A stretch of 64,000 nt of DNA from Glaucostegus cemiculus (Eukaryota), in NCBI GenBank assembly GCA_976551045.1, contig CDPCPM010000164.1, forward strand, positions 3,286,001 to 3,350,000, read 5' to 3'. Shown in pieces: positions 53,024 through 64,000 of this stretch (the stretch's first letter is position 1; every line of letters starts with the position of its first letter). The translations under genes were made by a program, and so were the position numbers. A model generated the notes under the pieces. It was not told the origin of the DNA, did not search any database, and saw nothing but the letters and a program-made list of their open reading frames with translations.

Positions 53024-53151
53024 NNNNNNNNNNNNNNNNNNNNNNNNNNNNNNNNNNNNNNNNNNNNNNNNNNNNNNNNNNNNNNNNNNNNNNNNNNNNN
53101 NNNNNNNNNNNNNNNNNNNNNNNNNNNNNNNNNNNNNNNNNNNNNNNNNNN
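53024..53151. other. Assembly gap (128 N), next to a (CT)n microsatellite at about 53213-53266
   Basis: Run of n in the sequence. Confidence 0.99.
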
Positions 53152-53412
53152 TCTTTTTCCTTCACACTCTCATTTCTCATTCCTTCACTTGTTCTCCTTC
53201 CCTCACACACGCTCTCCCTCTCTCTCTCTCCCTCTCTCTCTCTCTCTCTCCCTCTCCCTCTCTCTCATGTTCCTTTGCCCTCTCATTCATATGATTTTTC
53301 TAATAAATACTGAGGCACAATGCTATTGCATAACTCATGGAATAGATTAATAAGAGGGTTTGCATTTCAAAGAATAATTGTAGCTGTATAAAGAAATTAC
53401 TGAAATAAAACC

Positions 53413-53620
53413 AAAATATCACAGATGCTGGAAATCTAAAATGATCAGCAAAAGTTGAAAACACTCGGTAGGTCAGGCAGCATTGGTGGGGAGAGAAACC
53501 AAGTTAACATTTCAGGTTGATGGCATTTGATCAGAAATCTGCACCACATCAGGGTTTGACCTATTGAGCATTTCCATCTTTTGCTTTTGGCTTTTATTTC
53601 AGATTTCTAGCATCTGCAGT
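53413..53620. mobile_element. Older PLE-derived fold-back element (similar old copies at about 870-1040, 8180-8300 and 24660-24990)
   Basis: cagatgctggaaatct...ggtcaggcagcat... / ...ttatttcagatttctagcatctgcagt inverted arms. Confidence 0.6.
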
Positions 53621-55770
53621 TTACACATTTGTTTACATTAAATGTCACCCATTTTCTTCCCAGAGTTTATTGAATTGTCAAAGTGCTTGTGGTAATTATC
53701 AAGAACTCAAATTTTTTTCCAAGCACTTGTTCCCTGGGAAGAGATGCAATTGTTGGCTAAGTGTTTGCTGTTGCTTTTAATCAGTTGGGACTAGCAGCTT
53801 TCTGTGAATCTTGTAACATCAACTCTTTCACAACCTCTTCATCTTCTGCCCAATCATTTAGTGATGCCAAAAATGTCAGTGCTAATGCAGCCTTGTGATA
53901 AAATGGTATTGGTTTAAATTGCTCAGTGCAGGGCCAGACTAGCCTATGGTAGCAGTTTGAGCTCTGACCTACTTTACACAATACAAAAGTCTGCTCCTGG
54001 AACTGGGAAGAAGCTTCGTTGCAGCAGGTGCGTTTGAATGAAGGGATCCAGGTTTGATCCTGACGTCTGTGTGGAATTTTCACGTTCTCGCCAGGACTGC
54101 GTGGGTTTCCTCCGGGTACTCCGGTTTCCTCTCACATCCCAAAGACGTGGTGGTAGGTTAAAGAGCTGCTGTGTCAGTCAATGACTGAAAAAAGGGTTGG
54201 GGAATCATAAACTAGAGGCACAGGTTTAAGGTGAGAGGATTTAAAAGGGACCCAAGGGGCAACTTCTTCATGCAAACGGTGGTGGGTACATGGAACGAAC
54301 TGCCGGGGGAAGAGGTTGACAGATACAATAATGTTTGGACAGGTACATGGACAAGAAAGGTTTAGGGGGATATGAGCCAAATACAGGCAAATGGGACTAG
54401 CTTAGATGGGCATCTTGGTCGGCATGGACAAGTTAGACCGAAGGGCCTGTTTCCGTGCTGTATGACTCTGCCTCTATTGCCAAAGGGGAGTTGATGGGTA
54501 TATGGAAGAGGGAATAATTTGTCGGATACAGGGAAATAATGGGAATAAAGGGGTGGTCCCCTGAGATCTGGCCTGAACCTGCCGAGTTGAATGATCTCCT
54601 GTTAACTAAGCAGTGTTTATTTACATAATGCACTGACCCTTTCATCTACAAAGTCTCCCTGTATTGGGGGGCAGGAGAGGGAAACAGACTGCATCAAGGG
54701 GTACTCTCTCGCCTGTAGAGTGTGCGGTAGGTGGTCACTTTATGGAGGTGGTTACCTCCGAATACTGCAGTGCACCCAGTGGGTTTCCGGGGCCATTTTG
54801 GTCTGAGCTCAATTGAGAGAAGTCTGCCCGAGTTTCTGGAACAGTGGAGTAGCCTGATGGTTTAGGTTGAGGATGCAGAGAACCTTAACCCAATAAAGAA
54901 AAGTTGTCTTGAGGCTCTCCCCTCTATGTACTATTTCTGTAAAGTTGATCTATTTTAAAATGAACAGCATGAGGACAGCCCAGATAGAGCTGCTGACTCA
55001 CAGCTCCAGTGACCCGGGTTCAATCCCGACCTCCGGTGCTGTTGGCGTGCAGTTTGCGTGTTCTGCCTATGACCACGGCTGCTCCGATTTCCTCCCACGT
55101 CACCAGGCATGTGGGTTGGTCGGTTGGTCTCTCTGAATTGTCCATCGTGTTTAGGGGGGCTCGGTGGGAATGTGGGGAGAATAACATGCGTTACTGTAGG
55201 AGGAGGCCAGAGGAAGTGGGAGAGGTGGGTGCAATTATGACTTTTGAAAGGCATTTGGACAGGAATATGGATAGGAAAGGGTTGAAGGGATAATGGCCAA
55301 ATGCAGGCAAAGGCAACTTGGTCGGCATGGACAAGTTGGGCTGAAGAACGTTTCCATACTATATAGGTCTATGACCCTCTGTGTATAATTGGGAGTGCTT
55401 AATGGTTAGTGTGTACCACTAGGCTGAAGGGACTGTTTCCATGCTGTATATCCCCTATCGAGGGTGACCATGAGTGGCTGTAATGACTTCAGTCAGCTGC
55501 ACACTGGTTGCCAACTACCAGTGATTGATGCATTCCTTTTTATTGACTGTCCCCGGAGCCTGGTATTGTTTTATAGACCACTGCTGGCCAAGGCCCATTC
55601 AGTATTAAAAGGGAACTGACTGCTTAAGGCAACGCTACCAAAGCTTTGCTGTTCTCTTTTGTAGTGGGGATAAATGGGAGATGTAAGGTATTAGCGCCGT
55701 GTCATGTTAGTTGTGTCTGTTGACTGTATCATCATCACCATCATTTCTTCACCTTTCCTCAGTTCGATTC

Positions 55771-56135
55771 GTGACACAGTGAGGTGGCCCACTTGCCACT
55801 GAGCCAGAAGGTTGTGAGTTCAAGTCCCACTGCAGGGACTTTGAACAGCAATGCTCAGTGAAGTACAAAGAGGGTGCGGCACTGTCAAGGGTACCAGCTT
55901 TCAGACACTTTTTCAGATGTCAAAGATCCCATAGTGCTATTTTCAAGAAGAGCAGAAGGCTCTTCCCATGGTCCTGCCAATAAGCATCTCAGAAGCTGAT
56001 GGGCTAGCTGTAATGTGGTTTGTGGGAGCTTGCTATGCACAACTTGGCTGCTGCATGCCTATCTTGTAGCAGTTGCTACATAAATGGTGAAAGGTGTCCT
56101 GTTGTTGTGTTGGCACTATAGAAATGCAAGGCTGT
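55771..56135 (+). mobile_element. DeuSINE (SacSINE1-like); other copies at about 3385-3590, 5260-5527 plus 6305-6423, 7245-7850, 14590-14940(-), 16200-16440(-), 26372-26739, 40975-41160, 48000-48330
   Basis: Head gagccagaaggttgtgagttcaagtcccact, Deu-like core aaagatcccatagtgctattttcaagaagagcag, gtgggagcttgctatgcacaacttggctgc, tail tatagaaatgcaag. Confidence 0.75.
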
Positions 56136-56157
56136 TCACTTTTGAAATGAAGGAATC

Positions 56158-56830
56158 TCCTCCCTGAAAGTGGCCACGCAAATAGATAGGGTGGTAAAGA
56201 AAGTGTATAGTATACTTGCCTTCATTGGTTGGGGCATTGAGTATATGAGTCAGGAAATCATGTTGCAGCTGTATAAACCTTTGGCTAGGCCACACTTAGA
56301 GTATTGTGTGCAATGCTGGTCTCCCCATTACAGGAAGGATGTGGAGGCTGTGGAAAGGTTGCAGAAGAAGTTCACCAGGATGCTGCCTGGATTAGAGAGT
56401 ATGAGCTATAAGGAGAGGTTGAACAAACTTGGGTTGTTTTCTCTGGAGAGTTGGAGGCTGAGGGGAGACCTGATAGAAGTTTATTAAATTATGAGAGTCA
56501 TAGATATGTAGACAGAATCTTCTTCCCAGGGAAGCAGTGTTCAGTACTAGAGGACATGGTTGTAAGGTGAGAGAGGGAATATTTAAAAGAGATGTGCGGG
56601 ACCAGTTTTTTTTCACACAGAGAGTAGTGGGTGCCTAGGACAGGCTGCTAGGGGGAGTAGTGGAAGCAGATATGCTAACGGCGTTTCTGAGGCTTTAGAA
56701 TATGCAGGGAATGGAGGGATATGGATCGTGTGTAGGCAGAAGGGATTAACTCAATTTGGCATTGCGTTTGGCACAGATATTGTGGGCTGAAGGGCTTGTT
56801 GCTGTACCATACTGTACTGTTCTATGTTCA
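56158..56830 (+). mobile_element. CR1/HER1 LINE 3' fragment ending about 60 nt before LZTS2 exon 2
   Basis: QLYKPLARPHLEYCVQCWSPHYRKD...LRGDLIEVY; CR1 3' tail. Confidence 0.9.
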
Positions 56831-56890
56831 TATGAGCAACCTCTCTATTTGGATCTTCCCTGTGTGATTTAATGTCCGATTGTGTTTCAG

Positions 56891-57760
56891 AACATTGAGA
56901 AAAACCTAATCAGGCCAACAGCGTTCAAGCCCGTTATGCCCAAGAACAGGAACTCTGTCCAGTACCTCGTTCCCCGTCCCACCAATGGATTGTCGGACAG
57001 TCAAGGGAGCCTAAATATCGTCTTCAATGGGAATTCACTGGGGTCTGTCAGCTGCGCCGAGAAACGGAACTCACTCCAGAGCTATGGTTGTCCCCGGAGC
57101 AGCGCGCAGTCGGGAAACCTCTCGGACTCTGGGAGGAACTCTTTGTCCAGCCTGCCCACCTACAGCACGGGCTGCAGCCAGCAGCTGGAGGCGGTCAGCT
57201 CCTCCACAGGGCACATCAACCTGGAGGGAGGCGGAGGGCAGCAGGGCTTCCACGAGAGAGGCGCAGCCTCGCTGAATGGCCTGTCCAACTCAGACAGCGG
57301 CCGCTCTTCCTCCAGCAAGAGCACGGCCTCGCTGAGCGGCCGCGCCCCGCCGCTGTCGGACGGTGAGCGCTCGCCCGGCGCCAGCCACGACCTGGTGGTG
57401 CGGGAGCTGGAGGAGAGGCTGCGGGAGCGTGAGGCCGAGCTGCGGCAGCTGAGGGAGAGCCTGGAGGAGAATGAGGCGGCCCTGTGCCAGATCTACGAGG
57501 AGAAGCAGCGGCGCTGCGAGCAGGAGATGGAGGAGCTGCGGCAGAGCTGCGCCGGCAAGCTGCGGCAGAGCTCGCAGAAGGCGCAACGGGTGCAGCAGGT
57601 GCTGCAGCTGCAGGTCTACCAGCTGCAGCAGGAGAAGAAGAAGCTGCAGGAGGACTTCACTCAGCTGCTGCAGGAGCGCGAGCTCCTCGAGAAGAAGTGC
57701 GCCTCCATCGAGAAGGAGCAGACAGAGCTGGGGCCGCGGCTGGAGGAAACCAAGTGGGAG
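56891..57760 (+). CDS. LZTS2: LZTS2 coding exon 2, aa 154-443 (Ser-rich region and start of the coiled coil / Fez1 domain)
   Basis: Acceptor tgtttcAG|AAC at 56889-56890. Peptide NIEKNLIRPTAFKPV...LSDSGRNSLSSLPTYSTG...SDSGRSSSSKS...LQLQVYQLQQEKKKLQEDF...LEETKWE. Donor GAG|gtaggc at 57761; 870 nt, phase 0. Confidence 0.95.
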
Positions 57761-58385
57761 GTAGGCAGATGTCCATGGTCACCATGGTGACAGGGACCCA
57801 ATGGGAGATAGGCAGGTGCCCGCAGTCACCACGTGACAGGGACCCAATGGGAGATAGGCAGGTTCCCATGGTCACCACGGTGACAGGGACCCAATGGGGG
57901 ATAGGCAGTCGTCCACAGTCACCATGGTGACAAGGACCCAGTGGGGGATAGACAGGCACCCACGGTCACCACGGTGACAGTCACCCAATGGGGGATAGGC
58001 AGGCACCCACAGTCACCATGGTGGGGACACAATAGGGGATAGGCAGGCACCCACGGTCACCAAGGTGACAGTGACCCAATGGGGGATAGGCAGGTCACCA
58101 CGGTCATGGACCCAATGAGAGATAGGCAGGAGACCATGGTCACAATGCAACGGGAACCCAGTGGGGGTAAGCAGGCATCCAAGGTAATTGTGTCGATGGA
58201 GACCCAAGTGGGAGTTAGGCAAGTACCCACGGTCACCATGGCAACAAAGACCCAAGTGGGTGGTAAGCAGACATCCATGGTCACCACGGCGACAGGGACC
58301 CAATGGGAGGTAGGCAGGCGTCTAAGCTCACCGTGGTGATGGGGACCAGTGTGAGGTAGGCAGGCACCCATGGTCACCATGGCAA
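57748..58385 (+). repeat. ~47-bp minisatellite, about 13-14 diverged copies, first unit overlapping the LZTS2 exon 2 donor
   Basis: Unit gacccaatgggagataggcaggttcccatggtcaccacggtgacagg (57841-57887). Units start at 57748, 57795, 57841, 57888 and onward. Confidence 0.92.
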
Positions 58386-58458
58386 TGGCTCTGCAGGTAT
58401 TGGCCTGTCCCAGGAGGTTTGGAGTTCAAGTGTCACCCCCGAGAAGATGGGCATGAAG

Positions 58459-58575
58459 CTGGGGGGGGGGGGGTGGGGGGGAGGGTGGTGGGAGGGACAA
58501 GGGATGTGGGCTGTGGGGTTGGGGGCTGTGTAATGTGAGGGGTAGTGGCTGGGGCGGTGGGGAAATGGAGGGGCT
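58459..58575 (+). repeat. G-rich tract with G-quadruplex potential in the LZTS2 intron after coding exon 2
   Basis: Many G3+ runs (g13-t-g7-agggtggtgggagggacaaggg...). Confidence 0.6.
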
Positions 58576-59449
58576 GTGAGACAGGAGCATAGTAGGGCTA
58601 TGAGAAGGGCTTGTGGAAAGAGTGATGAGAGAGGGGAATACAATTCCAGGCCCTTCCCTGGTTACGGGCGCCACCTACATATGACACTCCTACACATGAA
58701 CGAGCCCCCATAATATTATTAAATTGCAACGTAAGTACATCATTCCCCTCTCTCTCCTCTTTTAGTGATTGTTCTTTCTTATCAGTCTTGTGTACTTTTG
58801 ATGCCATTCACTACAACACTATGGAAGTGTGGTTACTATGTCAAGTGATTTTTGTGCATCTTCCAAACAAAATCGACTTCTGAACATCTGTAAGAATGGA
58901 ACCTGTTCATTATCCAGGGATGGCCTGTAACAATGTAAATTCCTAAAATTAAAAGAAATACATTTAATTGTCACTGATCGTACAACCGCTTCTATAATTC
59001 TGCCACTGCATCTCAGACCCTGCTAGGAAGCACTGTTAAGAAAGTTCTGGTGTCCTGGAGAATCAGCAAGGCACCATTCTCTCTCTCTTTCTTTGTAAGT
59101 CATCCTTTTTTCTTTCCTGTCATTCTCTCTTGCTGACACTCTTCAATTCTCCAGTTCTCATTACAGTGTGTTCTCCTTTTAGATCCTGCACTACCTTTAC
59201 CCTACTTTAGTCTTTTCCCCAAGCTCTTGGCCTTTCTTTTTGTCTGCAAGCTATATATTACATTAGTGCTGCTTCATCCTCCTCTTTCCCACTCTCATCC
59301 ATCACTGCCCCATGGGCTTCAGTCTTCACCTAGTTTTCCAAATGGAAGTGAAATGCAGACATAGTGGGCAATCATAACTCTGTTGGAAGTGCAGAAGGAA
59401 TAGCTACCACTGATCTATCTCTTCTCTTGTTGTTGCACCCGACCTCTAG

Positions 59450-60151
59450 GTTTGTCAGAAGTCTGGAGAGATTTCGCTCCTGAAGCAACAGCTAAAAGAC
59501 TCCCAGGCTGATCTGGCCATGAAGAGCAACGAAATAGTCTCCTTGAAAGCACAGCTCCGTGATATACGAGCCGAGTTACAGGACCACGAGGATGAGATTC
59601 ACGAGTTCCGAGATTCGGTCCACACCAAGACCTTGGAGCTGGAGGTGTGCGAGAACGAACTTCAGCGCAAGAAGAATGAGGCTGAACTTTTGAGGGAGAA
59701 GGTGGGCAAGCTGGAGCAGGAGACCACTGGCCTGAGGGAAGCCCTGGGCAACACGAGACATGCAATTGGTCCCTACCCTGAGCGGGAGGACACTTTCCTG
59801 ATGTACGAGAGCGACGAAGCCAAGGTCCAGCGGCAAAACGCAGACAACCAACAGAGCCTTAGACAGCAAATGGAAAAGCTGAGGGCTGAGCTCATGTATG
59901 AAAGGAGGAGGAGCGAGACTCAGTTGCAGAACTTTGAGGTGGAGCGGCGCACGTGGCAAGGAGAGAAGGAGAAGGTAATTAGGTACCAAAAACAGCTCCA
60001 GCACAACTACATCCAGATGTACAGGAGGAACCGCGAGCTGGAGAGAGAAATGAGGCAACTCAGTCTGGAACTGGAAGCCAGGGAATTAGATGACCTTGAA
60101 GTGCGAAATGAAGACATTCGATTTGATGAGATCACTGCAACAGAAATCTAA
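59450..60151 (+). CDS. LZTS2: LZTS2 last coding exon, aa 444-676 (Fez1 coiled coil, C-terminal PDZ-binding motif TEI)
   Basis: Acceptor cctctAG|GTT at 59448-59449. Peptide VCQKSGEISLLKQQLK...ESDEAKVQR...EKEKVIRYQKQLQHNYIQMYRRNR...FDEITATEI-stop, in frame with exon 2 (ETKWE|VCQKSGEI is the LZTS family junction). Confidence 0.95.
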   Translation, partial: VCQKSGEISLLKQQLKDSQADLAMKSNEIVSLKAQLRDIRAELQDHEDEIHEFRDSVHTKTLELEVCENELQRKKNEAELLREKVGKLEQETTGLREALGNTRHAIGPYPEREDTFLMYESDEAKVQRQNADNQQSLRQQMEKLRAELMYERRRSETQLQNFEVERRTWQGEKEKVIRYQKQLQHNYIQMYRRNRELEREMRQLSLELEARELDDLEVRNEDIRFDEITATEI

Positions 60152-62140
60152 AATAATCATTTTAATAAAGGACAAACCCACCTCTGCCAAATTTTTGTGT
60201 TAGATAAATATAATGCAAACATGATGGACAATCATAACTCTTTAACATGATTTAGTTTATTTCCAATGTTTGTAATAAAAGGACGTATGACTGCTTTGAC
60301 ATAATCTTCCTCTAGGCACGTTCAGACATCTCAATCTGTTGTTGCTTCCATGGAAGTCTTCTGATGTTCCCATGAAGTGCTTTCCAATTTCTTGCAATGT
60401 GAATTTAGGGAGATAAACTGAAATAAAACAGTGAAATCAACCACACCAGTGAGCAAGCACTCAGCAAATATATATAGTACATCAGCACACAACACCAGCA
60501 AGAAGGCATTGGCATGCTAGATGGTTCATTATACTAGATGTACCAGAGCTGTCATTGACCTTTCCCAAGAATAGTTGGCCAATACCATTGCCACTCATTT
60601 ACCATTAAAGGTTAAGGCAAATTTGACCAATTTTGCTTGCGGGTGAAGATAGTTTCAGAGAGGAACAAAAGCAGTTATCCAAAAGTAAATTGTCTGGGAT
60701 GCATTTCTTCATAATGGATGTCTATAAAATAAAAACTTGAAAACATTCTTTATTTTGAGAATTGCTCCTGTAAAACAATTCTGAGCATCTTTTACAAAAT
60801 GGCGTGAAATGATGAAGGTGATTTCTTTTCCTTTATTGGATAGAAGGAAACTGGATTTTTCTGCTGGATTTGTATTTTAATATACCAAATTATATGTCCT
60901 AGCTGTTTGTATCCGGGCTCTTACTTTTATCAGGATTCCATTACTTGCTACCTGTCCGTGTTATAGCCACGGGTGAATCTGGACAGACAGAGAGTGAATA
61001 TTATGCAAAGCCGAACTTCAGAAACCAGTATCCCTGATTTCCAGAAGGACAAGGCCAAAATGGTTTGGGCAATTGATGCGGGAACCCATCATCACAATGA
61101 CCCTGAGCAAGTGGTAGAGCAAGGAATGGGATTGGGAAAGACAATTCCTCCATCTTTTCACCCCTTTGCACTTGGTGTCAGGAAGTGAATTTGGGACAGT
61201 TTGTTCGGCCAAAGTTTCCACCCATTTCAAGTTTAACGCCAACATCATTCCCGTCCTCCTGTTGCCCCCAAATAGGTATACTATATTTTTGCATAACGTT
61301 GGGACATAGCACTGCCAAGTGCCAGAAGGAAGGGTTAGTGGCTATGCAAAAGCTTGGCTTCTTTCTGGAAGCAACCCACAAACTACTTAGAAACAGAAAT
61401 CCTCCCACAGTTCCCTCAGCTGACCTTCGTGAGACTTGGGCCTAGTTTGCAGGCCATTGATTCATTCTCCTTCTCCAGCCAAGCAGTGGCCCCAACTGTG
61501 CAGCTGCCGATGTGGGTGCCGGCCCATTATATTCCAACTGACCGACCCAGGGAGTTCCAACAGAGGCAGCGTGGTGCATGATACCAACTTGGGGGCAGAG
61601 TTTGGTTCTGTCACAGTGCAGTGGAGGAGTGGGACGTAGATTTGGGGAATTGGTGCAGAATGATCCAAGGGGAGAACTAGATTGCCTCATGGATTGAAAT
61701 AAAAAGCTCTCGGAGTGTCAGGATTTTGTCTGTCTGCTGCGCACAACAAAACTAATGCTGGTAATCCATGTATCACAGCAATACACAGATGTTTTATATG
61801 GAAAGCTTGAGAAAATTATAATACTGGTTTATGCCCTACCTCAGCCACCTTGCTTCATTTTTGATGATATGCACACCATTCTGTTCAAAGTTCTAACAGT
61901 TAAGAAGAAATTTAGCCATATACATCTCTGCTCAAAGCCTCACAGCCAACCATCATCTTCAGGTAAGAGCCCAGGAGCTTATTGAGTAGGACGAGAGCAA
62001 GTGTGAAAATGATGGTAACTACCCTTAATGAATCTTCATAAACACCATCACCAGTACTTTGGTTTCTCAGTACCTAGGATGGCTGTGTTCACCTTTCCTG
62101 TTGGTTACTAAGCTGCATCTGGTTGAGCAACCAAACATCT
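60152..62140 (+). other. LZTS2: Probable LZTS2 3' UTR with several candidate poly(A) signals
   Basis: About 2 kb with no recognisable TE after the stop codon. AATAAA at 60164, 60274, 60422, 60728 and 61698. The true transcript end is unknown. Confidence 0.5.
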
Positions 62141-62159
62141 GGGCTGTTAACTAATGTTG

Positions 62160-62350
62160 GAGACACACAGACTGCAGATGGTAGAAGCTGGAGCAACACA
62201 CAAAGTGCTGGAGGATCTCAGTGGGTCAGGCAGCATCTGTGGAGTGAAAGGGACAGTCAATGTTTCAGGTCAAGACCCAAAACATCAATAGTCCACTCCA
62301 ATAGGTGCTGCCTGACTCACTGAGTTCCTCCAGCACACTGTGTGTTGCTA
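62160..62350. mobile_element. PLE-derived fold-back element with 13-bp TSD
   Basis: Same inverted arms; TTAACTAATGTTG at 62147-62159 and 62351-62363. Confidence 0.85.
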
Positions 62351-63274
62351 TTAACTAATGTTGTCTTGTTGCTGGCCGTCTACAAAACTGGATTCTATTG
62401 GCTGATGGGACAAGTGGTACAGCGGCTGTTTAAATTTCTGGAGGTTCACAGACTGTGAGATGGGCAGTTAATCTTCCTGCCAAAGATCTTGGCTTACTTG
62501 ATGATGTTCTGGAACAGTCTGCCCCATTACTGACGAAGTAACGAGTCATCTTAATGGATTGGCCTAAATCCCTCAAAACTCCCAGTCTACCTTCACTGGC
62601 ATTTAATAAGTTTATTTATTTGTTTACAAGACATGGATGTAGGTCGCAACAGTGGCTTTTATTATATAACCGCTCCAGAAATGAGAAAACAGTCAACCAG
62701 CTTGGTGAGTCTGGTGTCACAGATGGGCCAGACTGGGTAAAGATGACCGATTTCAATCTGTCAGGATGGGTTTTCACAACATTCCTGTAGTTTTATGTTC
62801 CTGCTAGTGATACTGGTCATTTTTAAGTTCCGGATTTTTAATTACTAGAATTTACATTCCCCCAGTGGCATGGGATTCGAATCCATTTCTGTGGCTCAGT
62901 TGTCCAGAACTCTGGCTGCTGGTCCAGTAACTGAACTGCTATGCTAGGGTATTCCTGCAATCCAGGGTAAAGTAGATCTGTTTGCAGAATGTGTTACGAA
63001 TGCAGCTCCTGTGGCCACAAGATGTTGTCAGGCCTTGTGCTTGGGCATCCAAAGTAGTCCCAGACCTGCATCAGATTTCTCACATTTCACCACTCTTCGT
63101 GGCACATTCTCTAAAAGGCACATGCATTAAACCCATCTCCTTCTCCAAATAACTTCCAGGTATGGTGTAAAGAGGAGGCTTTATGATGACCTGACCTGCC
63201 TCATTCTCTCTGTCAAATATGCAGCAGTTCTGAGACTAAAGCTGGACTTGGTGTAAAAAGTTCCATTCTGATGC

Positions 63275-63530
63275 GTCATTGTAAGCCGTACATTTTCACT
63301 CCTACATGGTCTTGCCTTCCCTATTCCTGTAAGCTCTTCCAACCACCCAACACACTGAGATCTACCCATTTTGGCCTGTTCTGCATCCCCGATTTCCCTC
63401 ACCACCACCACCACTGGAAGCCATGCCTTCAGCTTACCATGTGCCAAGCTCTAGAACGTTCAATCCTAAATGCCTCTACCTTTAAAAAAAATGCTTCTCA
63501 AATCCTACCACTTTGACCAAGCTTTGGACA
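63275..63530 (+). mobile_element. L2-like LINE 3' fragment (similar at about 29355-29460 and 41990-42125)
   Basis: ctgcatccccgatttcc...ccactggaagccatgccttcagct...aagctctagaa, resembling the L2 RAFS...LWN region. Confidence 0.5.
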
Positions 63531-63544
63531 TCTGTCCTAAAACT

Positions 63545-63757
63545 CTGGAGACGCAAGAGACTTCAGATGCTGGAATCTGGAGCAACTCACAAAGCGCTGG
63601 AGGAACTCAGTGGGTCAGGCAGCATCAATGGAGGGGAATGGACAGTAGATGTTGTGGGTCAAGACCAGATGAAGGGTCTCAACCCAAAATGTTGACTGTC
63701 CAATTCCCTCCATAGATGCAGCCTGACCTGCAGAGATCCTCCTGTACTTTGTGTATT
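63545..63757. mobile_element. PLE-derived fold-back element with 12-bp TSD and degenerate hammerhead
   Basis: Same inverted arms; TGTCCTAAAACT at 63533-63544 and 63758-63769; cagatga-agggtctcaaccc-aaaat-gtt-gactg at about 63666-63698. Confidence 0.85.
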
Positions 63758-64000
63758 TGTCCTAAAACTTTGTTGTGTAGCGTGGTGCAATTGTCAGCTG
63801 ATGACACTCCTTCAAGTGCCTTCAGATACTTCTGCCACTCTGAATGCAAGTTGTTGTTGCTGCTGTCTGTAAGAAAGAGTGAAAGATGGAAGTGATATTA
63901 GTGGTGAGCCATTTAAGCAGAGAGGTGTAAACCTTTGGAATCCTCCACCTCGTGGCGGTGGATGTGTAGTCGTTGTCCACACCACCCCTACCAACAGGAA

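Noticed and set aside
52938-53350. ORFs spanning the N run
   Set aside because: Artifacts of the assembly gap and CT microsatellite.
57290-57959. Overlapping alternative-frame and antisense ORFs (98, 97, 148 and 100 aa)
   Set aside because: By-products of the GC-rich exon and the stop-poor minisatellite; no recognisable protein.
57748-58385. CRISPR-like array (palindromic repeat units)
   Set aside because: Units are contiguous with no unique spacers, there are no cas genes, and the context is a vertebrate intron; it is a minisatellite.
59576-60058. 160-aa antisense ORF
   Set aside because: Shadow ORF of the coiled-coil-coding LZTS2 exon.
48468-60151. Assignment as LZTS1, LZTS3 or N4BP3
   Set aside because: The N-terminal extension MAMVQAMP before MGSV, FRQQDG, the SPxSDxED motif and QLQHNYIQMYRRNR...ITATEI fit LZTS2 best; a phylogeny would confirm.

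Overview
Eukaryotic vertebrate genomic DNA. The repeat content (HE1/V-SINEs, HER1/CR1 LINEs, SacSINE1-like DeuSINEs) points to a cartilaginous fish, probably a batoid; this is an inference. The only host protein-coding gene I can support is LZTS2 on the + strand, with three phase-0 coding exons (48468-48926, 56891-57760, 59450-60151; 676 aa, ending in the PDZ ligand ITATEI). A splice acceptor lies just upstream of the ATG, so non-coding 5' exon(s) must be further upstream. The rest is TE-dense intronic or intergenic DNA: CR1 and Rex1/Babar LINE fragments, several SINE families, Tigger-like MITEs, Penelope-like element (PLE) remnants and a 128-N gap. Most notable: (1) a family of ~200-nt fold-back PLE-derived inserts with 11-15 bp target-site duplications and minimal hammerhead ribozyme motifs, one with an intact core, linked to a GIY-YIG remnant; (2) a 47-bp palindromic minisatellite seeded from the LZTS2 exon/intron junction that replicates the 5' splice site; (3) V-SINEs with one head type but three different 3' tails; (4) a local inverted templated duplication bracketing a candidate enhancer. 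Repeat family names come from recalled consensus features, not from database searches. Repeat boundaries are approximate.
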